From: a virus
Taxonomy: Duplodnaviria; Caudoviricetes
Direction: 5' to 3' (one strand)
Length of the DNA: 44,065 bases
IMG/VR virus record: IMGVR_UViG_3300037631_006005
Span: 1 to 44,065 of that record
Shown: positions 37,301 through 44,065 of the stretch, in pieces
Position numbering within the stretch: position 1 is the first letter of the stretch
How the letters are laid out: the number at the start of each line of letters is the position of its first letter
The notes under the pieces: model-generated
Told to the model about the DNA's origin: nothing
Databases searched by the model: none
The model's input: the letters and a program-made list of their open reading frames with translations, nothing else
Program-made: the position numbers and the translations under genes

Positions 37301-38104
37301 GAAGCCCCTAAGGGTTATGCCATGGGTGAGACCGGGTTTTTGCCCGGGTTGAACGAAGATGACCCAAACGACAGCGATGGTTTGCAGCTCGTAAAAAGCC
37401 GCACGCGTGCTAAAAATGCCGAGATCCGGTCAAGGTACGATGTCAGCGCTTATAAAAAATATCTTGAAATACGTGACCTCAGTAAAAGAGAGCAAATAGA
37501 ATATTACTATGATCGCATAGGAAGAAAAGGTCCCGAGAATTACTATATTGTTGTAGAGGATCACGTCGGCAATATTAGTGAGACTCAGGTTGATTATGGC
37601 ACGTACAGTGAATTTCAACAAATGTCTGAAGCAGAAAAAATGGAGAGGTACTATGTCATTCCAGAAGTTTTTGATTGTGAAAATGCAAATGTTAGGTGGA
37701 AAGAAGGAGTAGACGAATATAATTTACCAAAGGGAGCTAACCTAAATCAGTTAATTGAGGTTAGCGAAGGTACAATCCTCGACGTTACACCCTCACAGGT
37801 CGGTGATGATTACGGTGGTGAGATACAAACGTTCACAGTTAGGGTAAATATACCTGATGGATTCGTAGCTCCAAACCTTGAGAATATTGCATCTATACCC
37901 TGCAAAATAAAAGGTACAAATGGTGAAAACTTTTATGGTGTTAAAGTATTTAACGATTATAAGATACCTGCGCCGCTAGAGATAGATACGCGCAATTTCT
38001 ATTTTCATAGTAATGAGAGTGTAAACTACTTATCTGTTAACAGAGTATTTAGTAAATTATTTGAACTTCAGAAAACTATTTACGATAGCATTCTAAGCAG
38101 CTAA
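34340..38104 (+). CDS. Large virion protein with a GC-rich inserted domain
   Basis: 1254-aa ORF with an ATGA overlap and a composition shift at about 36270-37900. Confidence 0.65.
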   Translation: MINYFKYTSGDAFTLSGVDYNGFVNIVDGRPFTGRVKNSFSVELSAKNNFLSKSILERREFDNSPTSFTTNKLTSPEYSPRNVLSNDFLRKNFNILYQNNLSIFSLSQVYNNSYLDTSSFKGESKFGGFFGLSSTTVDERDDDNNTLKDLVTPYHIDPFKSASKERFPDLFELDNAKKTYIETFDDGFVYTITTDTKTIAFSGCFTGQIEKIRNNKVQNDLNGVKNLVVDKANGFIYSPSLEDNGVNYTNIYDRDIYRACSRLKLVDRIKTSNFRVVNNNVSFGKTYKVVQVINDENNVVLEISPNRTSEILATLPISNLNNPEYVKVESRFTDDLLLIVTKPVSNTEIFNTYFIDLPEFIESGVIPEPIEISRVNFEEKPLSPIGLDNMFTVFGVASSLYVENTLNGQLSPEPRYYYPLFENKSAVKEFSLSEPREITFPEESSFAGRVFYFAEDYLNGSEERPDGFFIYRGNDKLIKMDISFSDYDSNLFLLTDNGNVTERMITNPLPVTSFTDLEDLLLPPDILFTSPYKFNTNSWKFNTNLLESNNVSLINNFTDTLKDKTYSYYHNIGRIYFSSDKSNKKRISLAPADLQSFFNPDIFNTVCETSLGVNVNILIQDILRDTINIYNNFTRIPKAGVVKSFKKLGLNTSDVTPEPAEKIKLGRVTSRVENTPFEPLTDEQLKLIDVAFDIGSTSSRTESFLTYKKVPDLTPFLPKSGSVFDIREDYINAQKEWDKLPNPIYAKLPDGTERLDAAGTKTRKIISNLGPFKMMLRPAEAFNLSYARDTRVRDSHYGVDFADKPDVITNISVNYRRSFGTDNLDSNAFFPRGQIPNGYRKFVIPTSGIHGSGIFVKHFNGKYVGGNLGREFPAMGVKIIGRPSPVVFPDFYTEEEKAEYANDPDSYESERLRFVKSSREARQFSGRSGGDGNGLFFSLFGYPPGPKDVEYTGIFDSVHIKGDNGEIRGDGGINDINGNYLPIYGDGEAPKGYAMGETGFLPGLNEDDPNDSDGLQLVKSRTRAKNAEIRSRYDVSAYKKYLEIRDLSKREQIEYYYDRIGRKGPENYYIVVEDHVGNISETQVDYGTYSEFQQMSEAEKMERYYVIPEVFDCENANVRWKEGVDEYNLPKGANLNQLIEVSEGTILDVTPSQVGDDYGGEIQTFTVRVNIPDGFVAPNLENIASIPCKIKGTNGENFYGVKVFNDYKIPAPLEIDTRNFYFHSNESVNYLSVNRVFSKLFELQKTIYDSILSS

Positions 38105-38118
38105 CATAAATATATTAT

Positions 38119-38835
38119 ATGTCGGCGAGTTTAGAAAATCAATTTATCTCAGATAGGTATACATCCCTCTTACATTTAAGTGGTAGCTCAATTACAGCAG
38201 ATTTAGATTCTGTATTCGACGGGTTAGGCAACGCAGCGCCTATTCAAATAAGTGATAGTAGAGTAGTTATTGGAGCTGGTAGTTCAATTATAGATGTAGA
38301 TGAAAATGAGAATACAGTTAGTATAAATAATATACTATTACCTACTGTTTCTACCGCTACTACGTTATTCGATGTAATATTTCCGGTTGATTCAATTTAT
38401 CTTACGGCTACTAACACTAATCCTAGTAATACATTCGTTGGTACAGTATGGGAATTAGTTTCAGAAGGTAGGTATCTAGCAGGTGTCGGTGTTGGTACTG
38501 ATAAAAATGGTGATCAAGAAACTATTAGAGAGGGCGATCTTGATAATATTGGGGAATACAACCACACACTAACCCAGCCCGAGATGCCGAAACATAAGCA
38601 TGGATTTTCAGGAGGTGATGATAGGGGAGATACGCAAGGTTTATCGCCATTTTTAATTACACGTGATGATCCTGAACAAAGAATACTTCCCGGTGAACCA
38701 GGTAATCAGGATTTTCAATCTGGTGGGTCGTCTGGATCGGATGGAGAGACAGGTATTTTCGCTGCTGGTGGAAGTCAATCACATAATAATACTCCACCGT
38801 ACTTCGGAGTTTACGTTTGGAAAAGAACACTTTAA
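38119..38835 (+). CDS. Baseplate/short fibre protein with a gp10-C-like domain
   Basis: FPVDSIYL...NPSNTFVGTVWE...GRYLAGVG...HTLTQPEMPKHKH...HNNTPPYFGVYVWKRT. Confidence 0.75.
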   Translation: MSASLENQFISDRYTSLLHLSGSSITADLDSVFDGLGNAAPIQISDSRVVIGAGSSIIDVDENENTVSINNILLPTVSTATTLFDVIFPVDSIYLTATNTNPSNTFVGTVWELVSEGRYLAGVGVGTDKNGDQETIREGDLDNIGEYNHTLTQPEMPKHKHGFSGGDDRGDTQGLSPFLITRDDPEQRILPGEPGNQDFQSGGSSGSDGETGIFAAGGSQSHNNTPPYFGVYVWKRTL

Positions 38836-38847
38836 TAAATTTTAGCA

Positions 38848-40287
38848 ATGCCAGATATTACAATAGTAAAGATAAAAGTGAGACGTGGATCAGATGATCA
38901 ACGTAAGAAATTAGTATTAGACCAAGGTGAGTTAGGTTATACTATAGACACTAAAAGAGTGTTCGTAGGTGACGGTTCTTTATCCGGTGGTAGGGTTGTA
39001 GGTAATAAGAACTTCGGTGTCGTTAATTTAGAATCTAGTCTAGGTAATGTCGCAGGCGCTCAAATAGGAGATATCGGCTACGCTAATTCAAAACTATACA
39101 CTCTTACAGCAAGTGAGTATGATTCTTCACTTACCGGCTGGGCTTATATAGGACCTGCACCAGATAATGAAAATATTGAATTTACAGCTGCAAATACACT
39201 AACTGTCAAGACAAGCTCTTTAGATGCTGATGATATAAAAGAAGCTGCTTTTGGTGATGGTTTAAAAAAGGATGGTAGTGCTATTGCAGTTGCTTATAAT
39301 GCTAATAGCTTCGCGCTTTCTTCTTCACTACTAACAATAAGAGATAATGCTATTACGGAATATGAAATTTCCCCCACCACCGTCTTGAGTGGATTAGCTG
39401 GAGGTGGAGGTATTCCAATTAGTATCAATATTGGAGACGGTTTAGAGTTAGATGATGATAACAATCTACAAACTGCGGCCGCAAAAGCTAATTCAGTAAC
39501 TTTTGAGTCATTTGATGCACAAGCGTTTGGTGATGGGTTATTATATAATAACACTACTAATCAAATTGAAAGTATTTTATCTGGTATTAACACAGAAAAT
39601 TTTAACTTACACAAAAAACAACTTTCTCTCGTAAATCAAGCTGTATCTGGAGATTACGAAATGGCACGAATCTCATTAAATGATTATGGTATAATAGATG
39701 GTGTACCCGAATCTGCCTTCTATGATTGCTTAACAGCGACATCGTTAACAGGAGCTGATTTTGTACCTGTAGGTGCTATATTACCACATGCAGCTGCTAT
39801 AGGTACAGTACCTGACGGTTATCTACTTTGTAATGGGCATTATTTATCACGTGATCCTGCTCCTGTTGGGTACAAGGAGCTTTTTGACGTTATAGGTACT
39901 AATTATGGTAGTAATAGTAATACCAACTTTAGATTACCTAATTTAACAGGCGGTAATGTGTTACAATTTGGTACCGGTGAAGCTCCTAATTCTCAATTCT
40001 GGTATTTAACAGGCAGTCAGACAGATTCAAGTGGTGCCAATTTATCAGCACTTGCTACGAACTATATAATTAAATACACATCTTCACAAACAGGCATATT
40101 TACAGGAGCACCTAACCAAGTATCACAAGGTATTATGCATAATGGTACAACCTACTCTACTACTGATTCAGACGGCATTACACAGATTCTCAGTTCAGCA
40201 GGATTTTTAACACTAGCTTTGAGTGGGACTACGCGAAATAATGACGAGACTTTTGATAGATATGCAATTCCAATCTTTAACTACTAA
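38848..40287 (+). CDS. Tail fibre protein: Mtd_N-like N-terminus plus phage tail collar domain
   Basis: KVRRG...LDQGELGYTIDTKRVFVGDG...GG, and the collar motif VPVGAILP...PDGYLLCNG...ELFDVIGTNYG...FRLPNL. Confidence 0.8.
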   Translation: MPDITIVKIKVRRGSDDQRKKLVLDQGELGYTIDTKRVFVGDGSLSGGRVVGNKNFGVVNLESSLGNVAGAQIGDIGYANSKLYTLTASEYDSSLTGWAYIGPAPDNENIEFTAANTLTVKTSSLDADDIKEAAFGDGLKKDGSAIAVAYNANSFALSSSLLTIRDNAITEYEISPTTVLSGLAGGGGIPISINIGDGLELDDDNNLQTAAAKANSVTFESFDAQAFGDGLLYNNTTNQIESILSGINTENFNLHKKQLSLVNQAVSGDYEMARISLNDYGIIDGVPESAFYDCLTATSLTGADFVPVGAILPHAAAIGTVPDGYLLCNGHYLSRDPAPVGYKELFDVIGTNYGSNSNTNFRLPNLTGGNVLQFGTGEAPNSQFWYLTGSQTDSSGANLSALATNYIIKYTSSQTGIFTGAPNQVSQGIMHNGTTYSTTDSDGITQILSSAGFLTLALSGTTRNNDETFDRYAIPIFNY

Positions 40288-40295
40288 CATATACC

Positions 40296-41807
40296 ATGGC
40301 TTCAATTGAAATATTAGAAAACACACTCTTAAAACTACTAGTACGTAGAGGTACTAACGAAGATAGAAAAAATATAACTTTAGATGAAGGTGAATTGGGA
40401 TATGCTTCCGACACTACACGATTGTTTATAGGTGATGGTACTACTGTTGGAGGTAATTTAATTGGTAATAGATTTTTAGGTAGTACAGAGGATCTCACTA
40501 ATTTACCTGGTGAAATAAATGATTTAGCTTTCGACAGTGATAATAGAACATTACAACGCATTAAGCAAAATAACGGTTCTGATATTTCAGATTGGGAAAC
40601 AGTATCAAATTTATTGAGCTCGGGTAATGAGTCTATTGTAATTGATGATGCTCAACGCGCGACGGTAGGTACTCTCTCTGCTAATAACTTTTCAGCTGAT
40701 GCGCTAGGAAATAGTATTGAACTTGACACAGGCAATAGAATATCTTTAAAACGTATTATTAATATTGATGAGATTACACAGCGTACTGTTGATGCTACTA
40801 GCTACTTAACTTTACCTTCTAAGCTTGACATTAATGCAATTGATTATGATTTCCCTTCTATAGCTCCATCAACAAATAATAGTTTTCTTCTATCTGATAT
40901 AAATAATCAATTAACGTGGGGATTACCTCCAGTTGTAACAAGCGTTGTACCAACAACTACAGCAAATCAAATACCTGCAGGTACGATAGTACCTTTTATA
41001 ACAGGAGCTGAGTATATCCCATACGGTTGGTTAAAGTGTGATGGCTCTCTCGTCGCCGGCGCAGATTATCCGGAATTGTCAGCTGTAATGGGTAATAGGT
41101 ATGGTGGTGATACAGTTAACTTTAACTTACCGGATTTAACTAATAGTGCTCTTTACGGTACAAACGTAAACGATCCATTTTTATCTACAAAATATAGTAT
41201 AGCTTCAGGTCATAGTACTGATACTAACGAGCTTTCTGCGTTCGGGACAACATTTATTATTAAAGCCATTGAGGCCTATGTACAAGCACCCACTCTAACC
41301 GTCAACACACCATTATCCGCTTCATTAAACGGGTACGATATTACCAACAAAGCCACAGAATTTCTAGATGGTACACTTGAGGTAGGATTATCTAGTTATA
41401 AGGAAGATAACTGCATATATAAAACAGTTTACCTTGACGATCCTTATACACTACTTGAAGGAAGGGAGAACTTCCCAGATGGAATGAAGGCATGGAGAAC
41501 ATTTAATTTAGACGCGCTAGCGCCGCCGTCTGTGGGTATAAAGGCGATTTTTGGACTAGCAAGGATGGGTGATCGACAGACCAAAAGCTCCACTGCGTTG
41601 TACAGTACCTATGATAATTCTTTACCACCAAACGGAACTTCTAGAAAATTTATGATAGCTGAACACCAGGCACCTTCAAAAAAACATGATATGCATGCTG
41701 CGGGATTTTCAGCAAGAGTTGATAAAGCTAATAATAATATTTACTTGGCTAAGGAGAACTACATAGGCGGCGACGCGTATATAGAAATTCATGGATATAG
41801 CGTTTAA
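40296..41807 (+). CDS. Tail fibre protein paralog: Mtd_N-like, collar and distinct C-terminal domain
   Basis: LVRRG...LDEGELGYASDTTRLFIGDG, and IPAGTIVPF...GWLKCDG...YPELSAVMG..YGG...FNLPDL. Confidence 0.8.
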   Translation: MASIEILENTLLKLLVRRGTNEDRKNITLDEGELGYASDTTRLFIGDGTTVGGNLIGNRFLGSTEDLTNLPGEINDLAFDSDNRTLQRIKQNNGSDISDWETVSNLLSSGNESIVIDDAQRATVGTLSANNFSADALGNSIELDTGNRISLKRIINIDEITQRTVDATSYLTLPSKLDINAIDYDFPSIAPSTNNSFLLSDINNQLTWGLPPVVTSVVPTTTANQIPAGTIVPFITGAEYIPYGWLKCDGSLVAGADYPELSAVMGNRYGGDTVNFNLPDLTNSALYGTNVNDPFLSTKYSIASGHSTDTNELSAFGTTFIIKAIEAYVQAPTLTVNTPLSASLNGYDITNKATEFLDGTLEVGLSSYKEDNCIYKTVYLDDPYTLLEGRENFPDGMKAWRTFNLDALAPPSVGIKAIFGLARMGDRQTKSSTALYSTYDNSLPPNGTSRKFMIAEHQAPSKKHDMHAAGFSARVDKANNNIYLAKENYIGGDAYIEIHGYSV

Positions 41808-41824
41808 GTGCTGTAAATAACTAT

Positions 41825-41983
41825 ATGGAAGAGTTAATAGTTGAAGGACTTGATTACGAAGACTTTGTTAATTTAAAAAGTTATCTACATAAATTGTCGT
41901 TTAATGTAGATGAATTAGAAGAATTAGTGAAGGTAAAAGACATTATAGGTAAGCTCGATCAGATAATTGACGCGTTTAATTAG
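41825..41983 (+). CDS. Small unannotated helical late protein, 52 aa (MEELIVEGLDYEDFVNLKSYLHKLSFNVDELEELVKVKDIIGKLDQIIDAFN)
   Basis: ATG 41825 to TAG 41983, with TAAATA at 41814-41819; fills the intergenic gap. Confidence 0.75.
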   Translation: MEELIVEGLDYEDFVNLKSYLHKLSFNVDELEELVKVKDIIGKLDQIIDAFN

Positions 41984-42005
41984 TTCTACCGTATAAATAT
42001 GTATA

Positions 42006-42869
42006 ATGGCCTTCCCATCCGACATTCTTCTACCATCTGATGCAAGATATTATCAGTTTGTAGAGACAGATTTAAGTTATAACTCAAATTATGACATAGT
42101 ATGGTCGTTACAGTTTAAATTACCTGGTGATAATGTATATAATAGTAACTATGAGTATGCGTTTGGTACTTTTTTAACTTCTTTAACAGGAGAACTATCA
42201 GCTCTACCCGGTCAATATGTAGGTGATACTGACCCTCTATTAGTAGCAGGACAAGAATCATTAATCACAGAACAATCCCCTACATCCTCGATAACTACTC
42301 AGGGAGGTATAAATTTAGTTATAGATTCTACAACTTTAAGCGGTCAACTCATTAAAGTGGTGTTCGATAGTACAGGCATGTATGGACTATCAGGTAGAGA
42401 CGGTAGAGATGGTGTTGGAGAGCATCAAATAAAGAAAAATAGCTTATGTATACGTGATTTTTCTCACGATTTAGTGTTTTACGAACATTTATCAGCTTTT
42501 TCACCTACTTTTTCGCTAACTTCTGATGAATTTCAAACATTAAGGGTTAGATATGCTAATTTAGGTACTAAAATCTCCATAGATAAGAAGATAAGTAACA
42601 AATATCAAACTCTAACCACTGTGGAGTTGCCATTTAGACTTAAAGAATTCAATAATCTTGACAATATTTACGTTGGTTATTCGTTTAGCACGCCAATCTC
42701 TACACAAAATACAGCATTATCTGTAGGAAACTTCTTCGTTAAAAATGCTCACATAGAAGGATTGGAAACTACTGAAGTATTAACGCAGACGGTTACTTCA
42801 GCTCCGTTAAAGTTTAATCCAAATAAATCTTTTACAACGGTATCTAGTATTAACGCTATACCAGAGTAG
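42006..42869 (+). CDS. Beta-sandwich, L-type lectin-like virion protein
   Basis: TATAAATA promoter. IVWSLQF, FGTFL, KVVFDSTG and FQTLRVRY resemble the strand order of legume lectins. Confidence 0.45.
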   Translation: MAFPSDILLPSDARYYQFVETDLSYNSNYDIVWSLQFKLPGDNVYNSNYEYAFGTFLTSLTGELSALPGQYVGDTDPLLVAGQESLITEQSPTSSITTQGGINLVIDSTTLSGQLIKVVFDSTGMYGLSGRDGRDGVGEHQIKKNSLCIRDFSHDLVFYEHLSAFSPTFSLTSDEFQTLRVRYANLGTKISIDKKISNKYQTLTTVELPFRLKEFNNLDNIYVGYSFSTPISTQNTALSVGNFFVKNAHIEGLETTEVLTQTVTSAPLKFNPNKSFTTVSSINAIPE

Positions 42870-42899
42870 ATTTAAAAATAAGACGATGTAAATAGTCTC

Positions 42900-43736
42900 G
42901 TGAGTAAGCTGACTATCGGACTGGCTGTGTATGATGATTATGATGGAGCTTTTTTTACCCTTCAGTCACTAAGAATGTACCATTCCGAGGTAATGGATAG
43001 GGTTGAATTTGTTGTTATAAATAACAATCCTACAAGTGAGCACGGGAAAGCTCTTAAAAATATGGTTGATATAATAACTGAACCAAAAACCTATATAGAG
43101 TTTACAAAGTATAGTAGCCCTTTTATAAAAGGTAAAATTTTTGATATAGCAGACACGGAATACGTATTAGTTATGGATAGTCATGTTTTGCTAGCACCAG
43201 GTTCCCTTAAAAAGTTACTCGATTACTACGACAAAGGTCTAGATAACGGTAATTTGTTGCAAGGTCCACTACTATACGACGATTTATGTAATGTATCTAC
43301 CCATTTTGACTTTTCTTCTAAGAAGTGGAGCGGTTATATGTGGGGCGCGTGGGCTACAGATGATAGAGGTAAAAAATCATCTAGTAAACCATTCACTATA
43401 CCTGGCAACGGTATGGGGTTATTTAGCTGTAGAAAAGATGCTTGGTTAGGCTTCAATAAAAGTATGAGAGGGTTTGGTGGTGAAGAAGGTTATATACACG
43501 AAAAGTATAAACTTGAAGGTAAAGAAACTATATGCTTACCATTTCTAAGATGGAATCACCGTTTTGCTAAACCTAGTGGTACTCCTTATAAGCTTGATGT
43601 AAAACAAAGGTTTAGAAATTATATGATTGCTTTTAAAGAGGTAGGGAAGGATACACAAGAAGTAATTGATAACTTTACACCAGTTGTTCCTGCAGATTAT
43701 ATAAATGAAGTAAAGCAGGAGTTAGATATTACCTAG
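42900..43736 (+). CDS. GT-A fold glycosyltransferase (GT2/GT27-like)
   Basis: LTIGLAVYD, EFVVINN, EYVLVMDSH, GLFSCRK, GFGGEE and WNHRF...PY. GTG start 5 nt after TAAATA. Confidence 0.9.
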   Translation: MSKLTIGLAVYDDYDGAFFTLQSLRMYHSEVMDRVEFVVINNNPTSEHGKALKNMVDIITEPKTYIEFTKYSSPFIKGKIFDIADTEYVLVMDSHVLLAPGSLKKLLDYYDKGLDNGNLLQGPLLYDDLCNVSTHFDFSSKKWSGYMWGAWATDDRGKKSSSKPFTIPGNGMGLFSCRKDAWLGFNKSMRGFGGEEGYIHEKYKLEGKETICLPFLRWNHRFAKPSGTPYKLDVKQRFRNYMIAFKEVGKDTQEVIDNFTPVVPADYINEVKQELDIT

Positions 43737-43985
43737 CTTAGCCTCAACCTTTAAGTCTTGATATAGAGAAGGGAATCTCTCTTCAACGTATTTATGAAAT
43801 GCGAGAGGTTTCACCCAATCGTTATTATTCATATTAACGCCCTTCTCTTCTAGTTTATCTGCTACTTTACCTACACCTTCGATAAGACAAGCCCATCTTA
43901 CAAATTCATCGAACTGCATTACTTTAGTCGTTCCATTTTTGAGATTAAAAGTAAATGTCTTTTCGTATTTTTCGTTAGTATTCAT
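43722..43985 (-). CDS. Hypothetical protein (early/middle class)
   Basis: 87-aa ORF convergent with the glycosyltransferase, preceded by AGGAAC-N5-TATAAT. Confidence 0.7.
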   Translation of the reverse strand: MNTNEKYEKTFTFNLKNGTTKVMQFDEFVRWACLIEGVGKVADKLEEKGVNMNNNDWVKPLAFHKYVEERFPSLYQDLKVEAKLGNI

Positions 43986-43991
43986 ATTATT

Positions 43992-44008
43992 ATTATATGA
44001 TAGTTCCT
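43992..44008 (-). promoter_or_regulatory. Candidate early/middle promoter AGGAAC-N5-TATAAT
   Basis: Minus strand reads AGGAAC TATCA TATAAT AATAAT ATG. Confidence 0.55.
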
Positions 44009-44065
44009 ATTATCATTCTAATACTATCACACCAGTGAATACTTTCTCCGCGAGTTCGTTACCTC

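Noticed and set aside
36270-37900. Intein or homing endonuclease as the source of the insert
   Set aside because: I found no Cys/Ser splice start paired with a His-Asn end, and no LAGLIDADG, HNH or GIY-YIG motif.
38848-41807. Diversity-generating retroelement suggested by the Mtd_N-like domains
   Set aside because: No reverse transcriptase and no template/variable repeat pair differing at adenines is visible in the window. Mtd_N is a common fibre anchor domain.
1-44065. Stop-codon reassignment
   Set aside because: Conserved genes are full length in the standard code, and TAA, TAG and TGA all end genes at sensible positions.
44013-44065. Possible 3' end of a minus-strand gene (...GNELAEKVFTGVIVLE*)
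   Set aside because: Too short to support or assign from this window.
1-44065. tRNA, rRNA or structured ncRNA genes
   Set aside because: Intergenic gaps are tiny once the two small ORFs are included, and I saw no cloverleaf or other extended structure.

Overview
This is an AT-rich (roughly 30-35% GC by eye) segment of a T4-like contractile-tailed phage genome, covering most of the morphogenesis region. On the minus strand are a probable prohead protease start, gp4, gp13, portal gp20, gp14 and an acidic core-like protein. On the plus strand are TerL, gp3-like protein, sheath, tube, hub, tape measure and baseplate genes. These are followed by a displaced TerS, dUTPase, clamp loader, a cluster of candidate internal head proteins, gp25/gp6, large baseplate/fibre proteins, two Mtd_N/collar fibres, a lectin-like protein and a glycosyltransferase. 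Three things stand out. (1) The late-promoter glycosyltransferase carries motifs resembling polypeptide GalNAc-transferases, and an L-S-[A/G] tripeptide is enriched in predicted surface-exposed virion proteins, which suggests a virion O-glycosylation system. (2) About 20 genes have a TAAATA late-promoter box 5-7 nt before the start codon and no Shine-Dalgarno, implying leaderless expression; a second AGGAAC-N5-TATAAT promoter class also occurs. (3) Basic modules separated by EEDAE sites look like protease-processed capsid cargo. Two small genes and one partial gene missing from the ORF track were recovered with the promoter rule. All product calls come from motif recognition and synteny; no database search was run.
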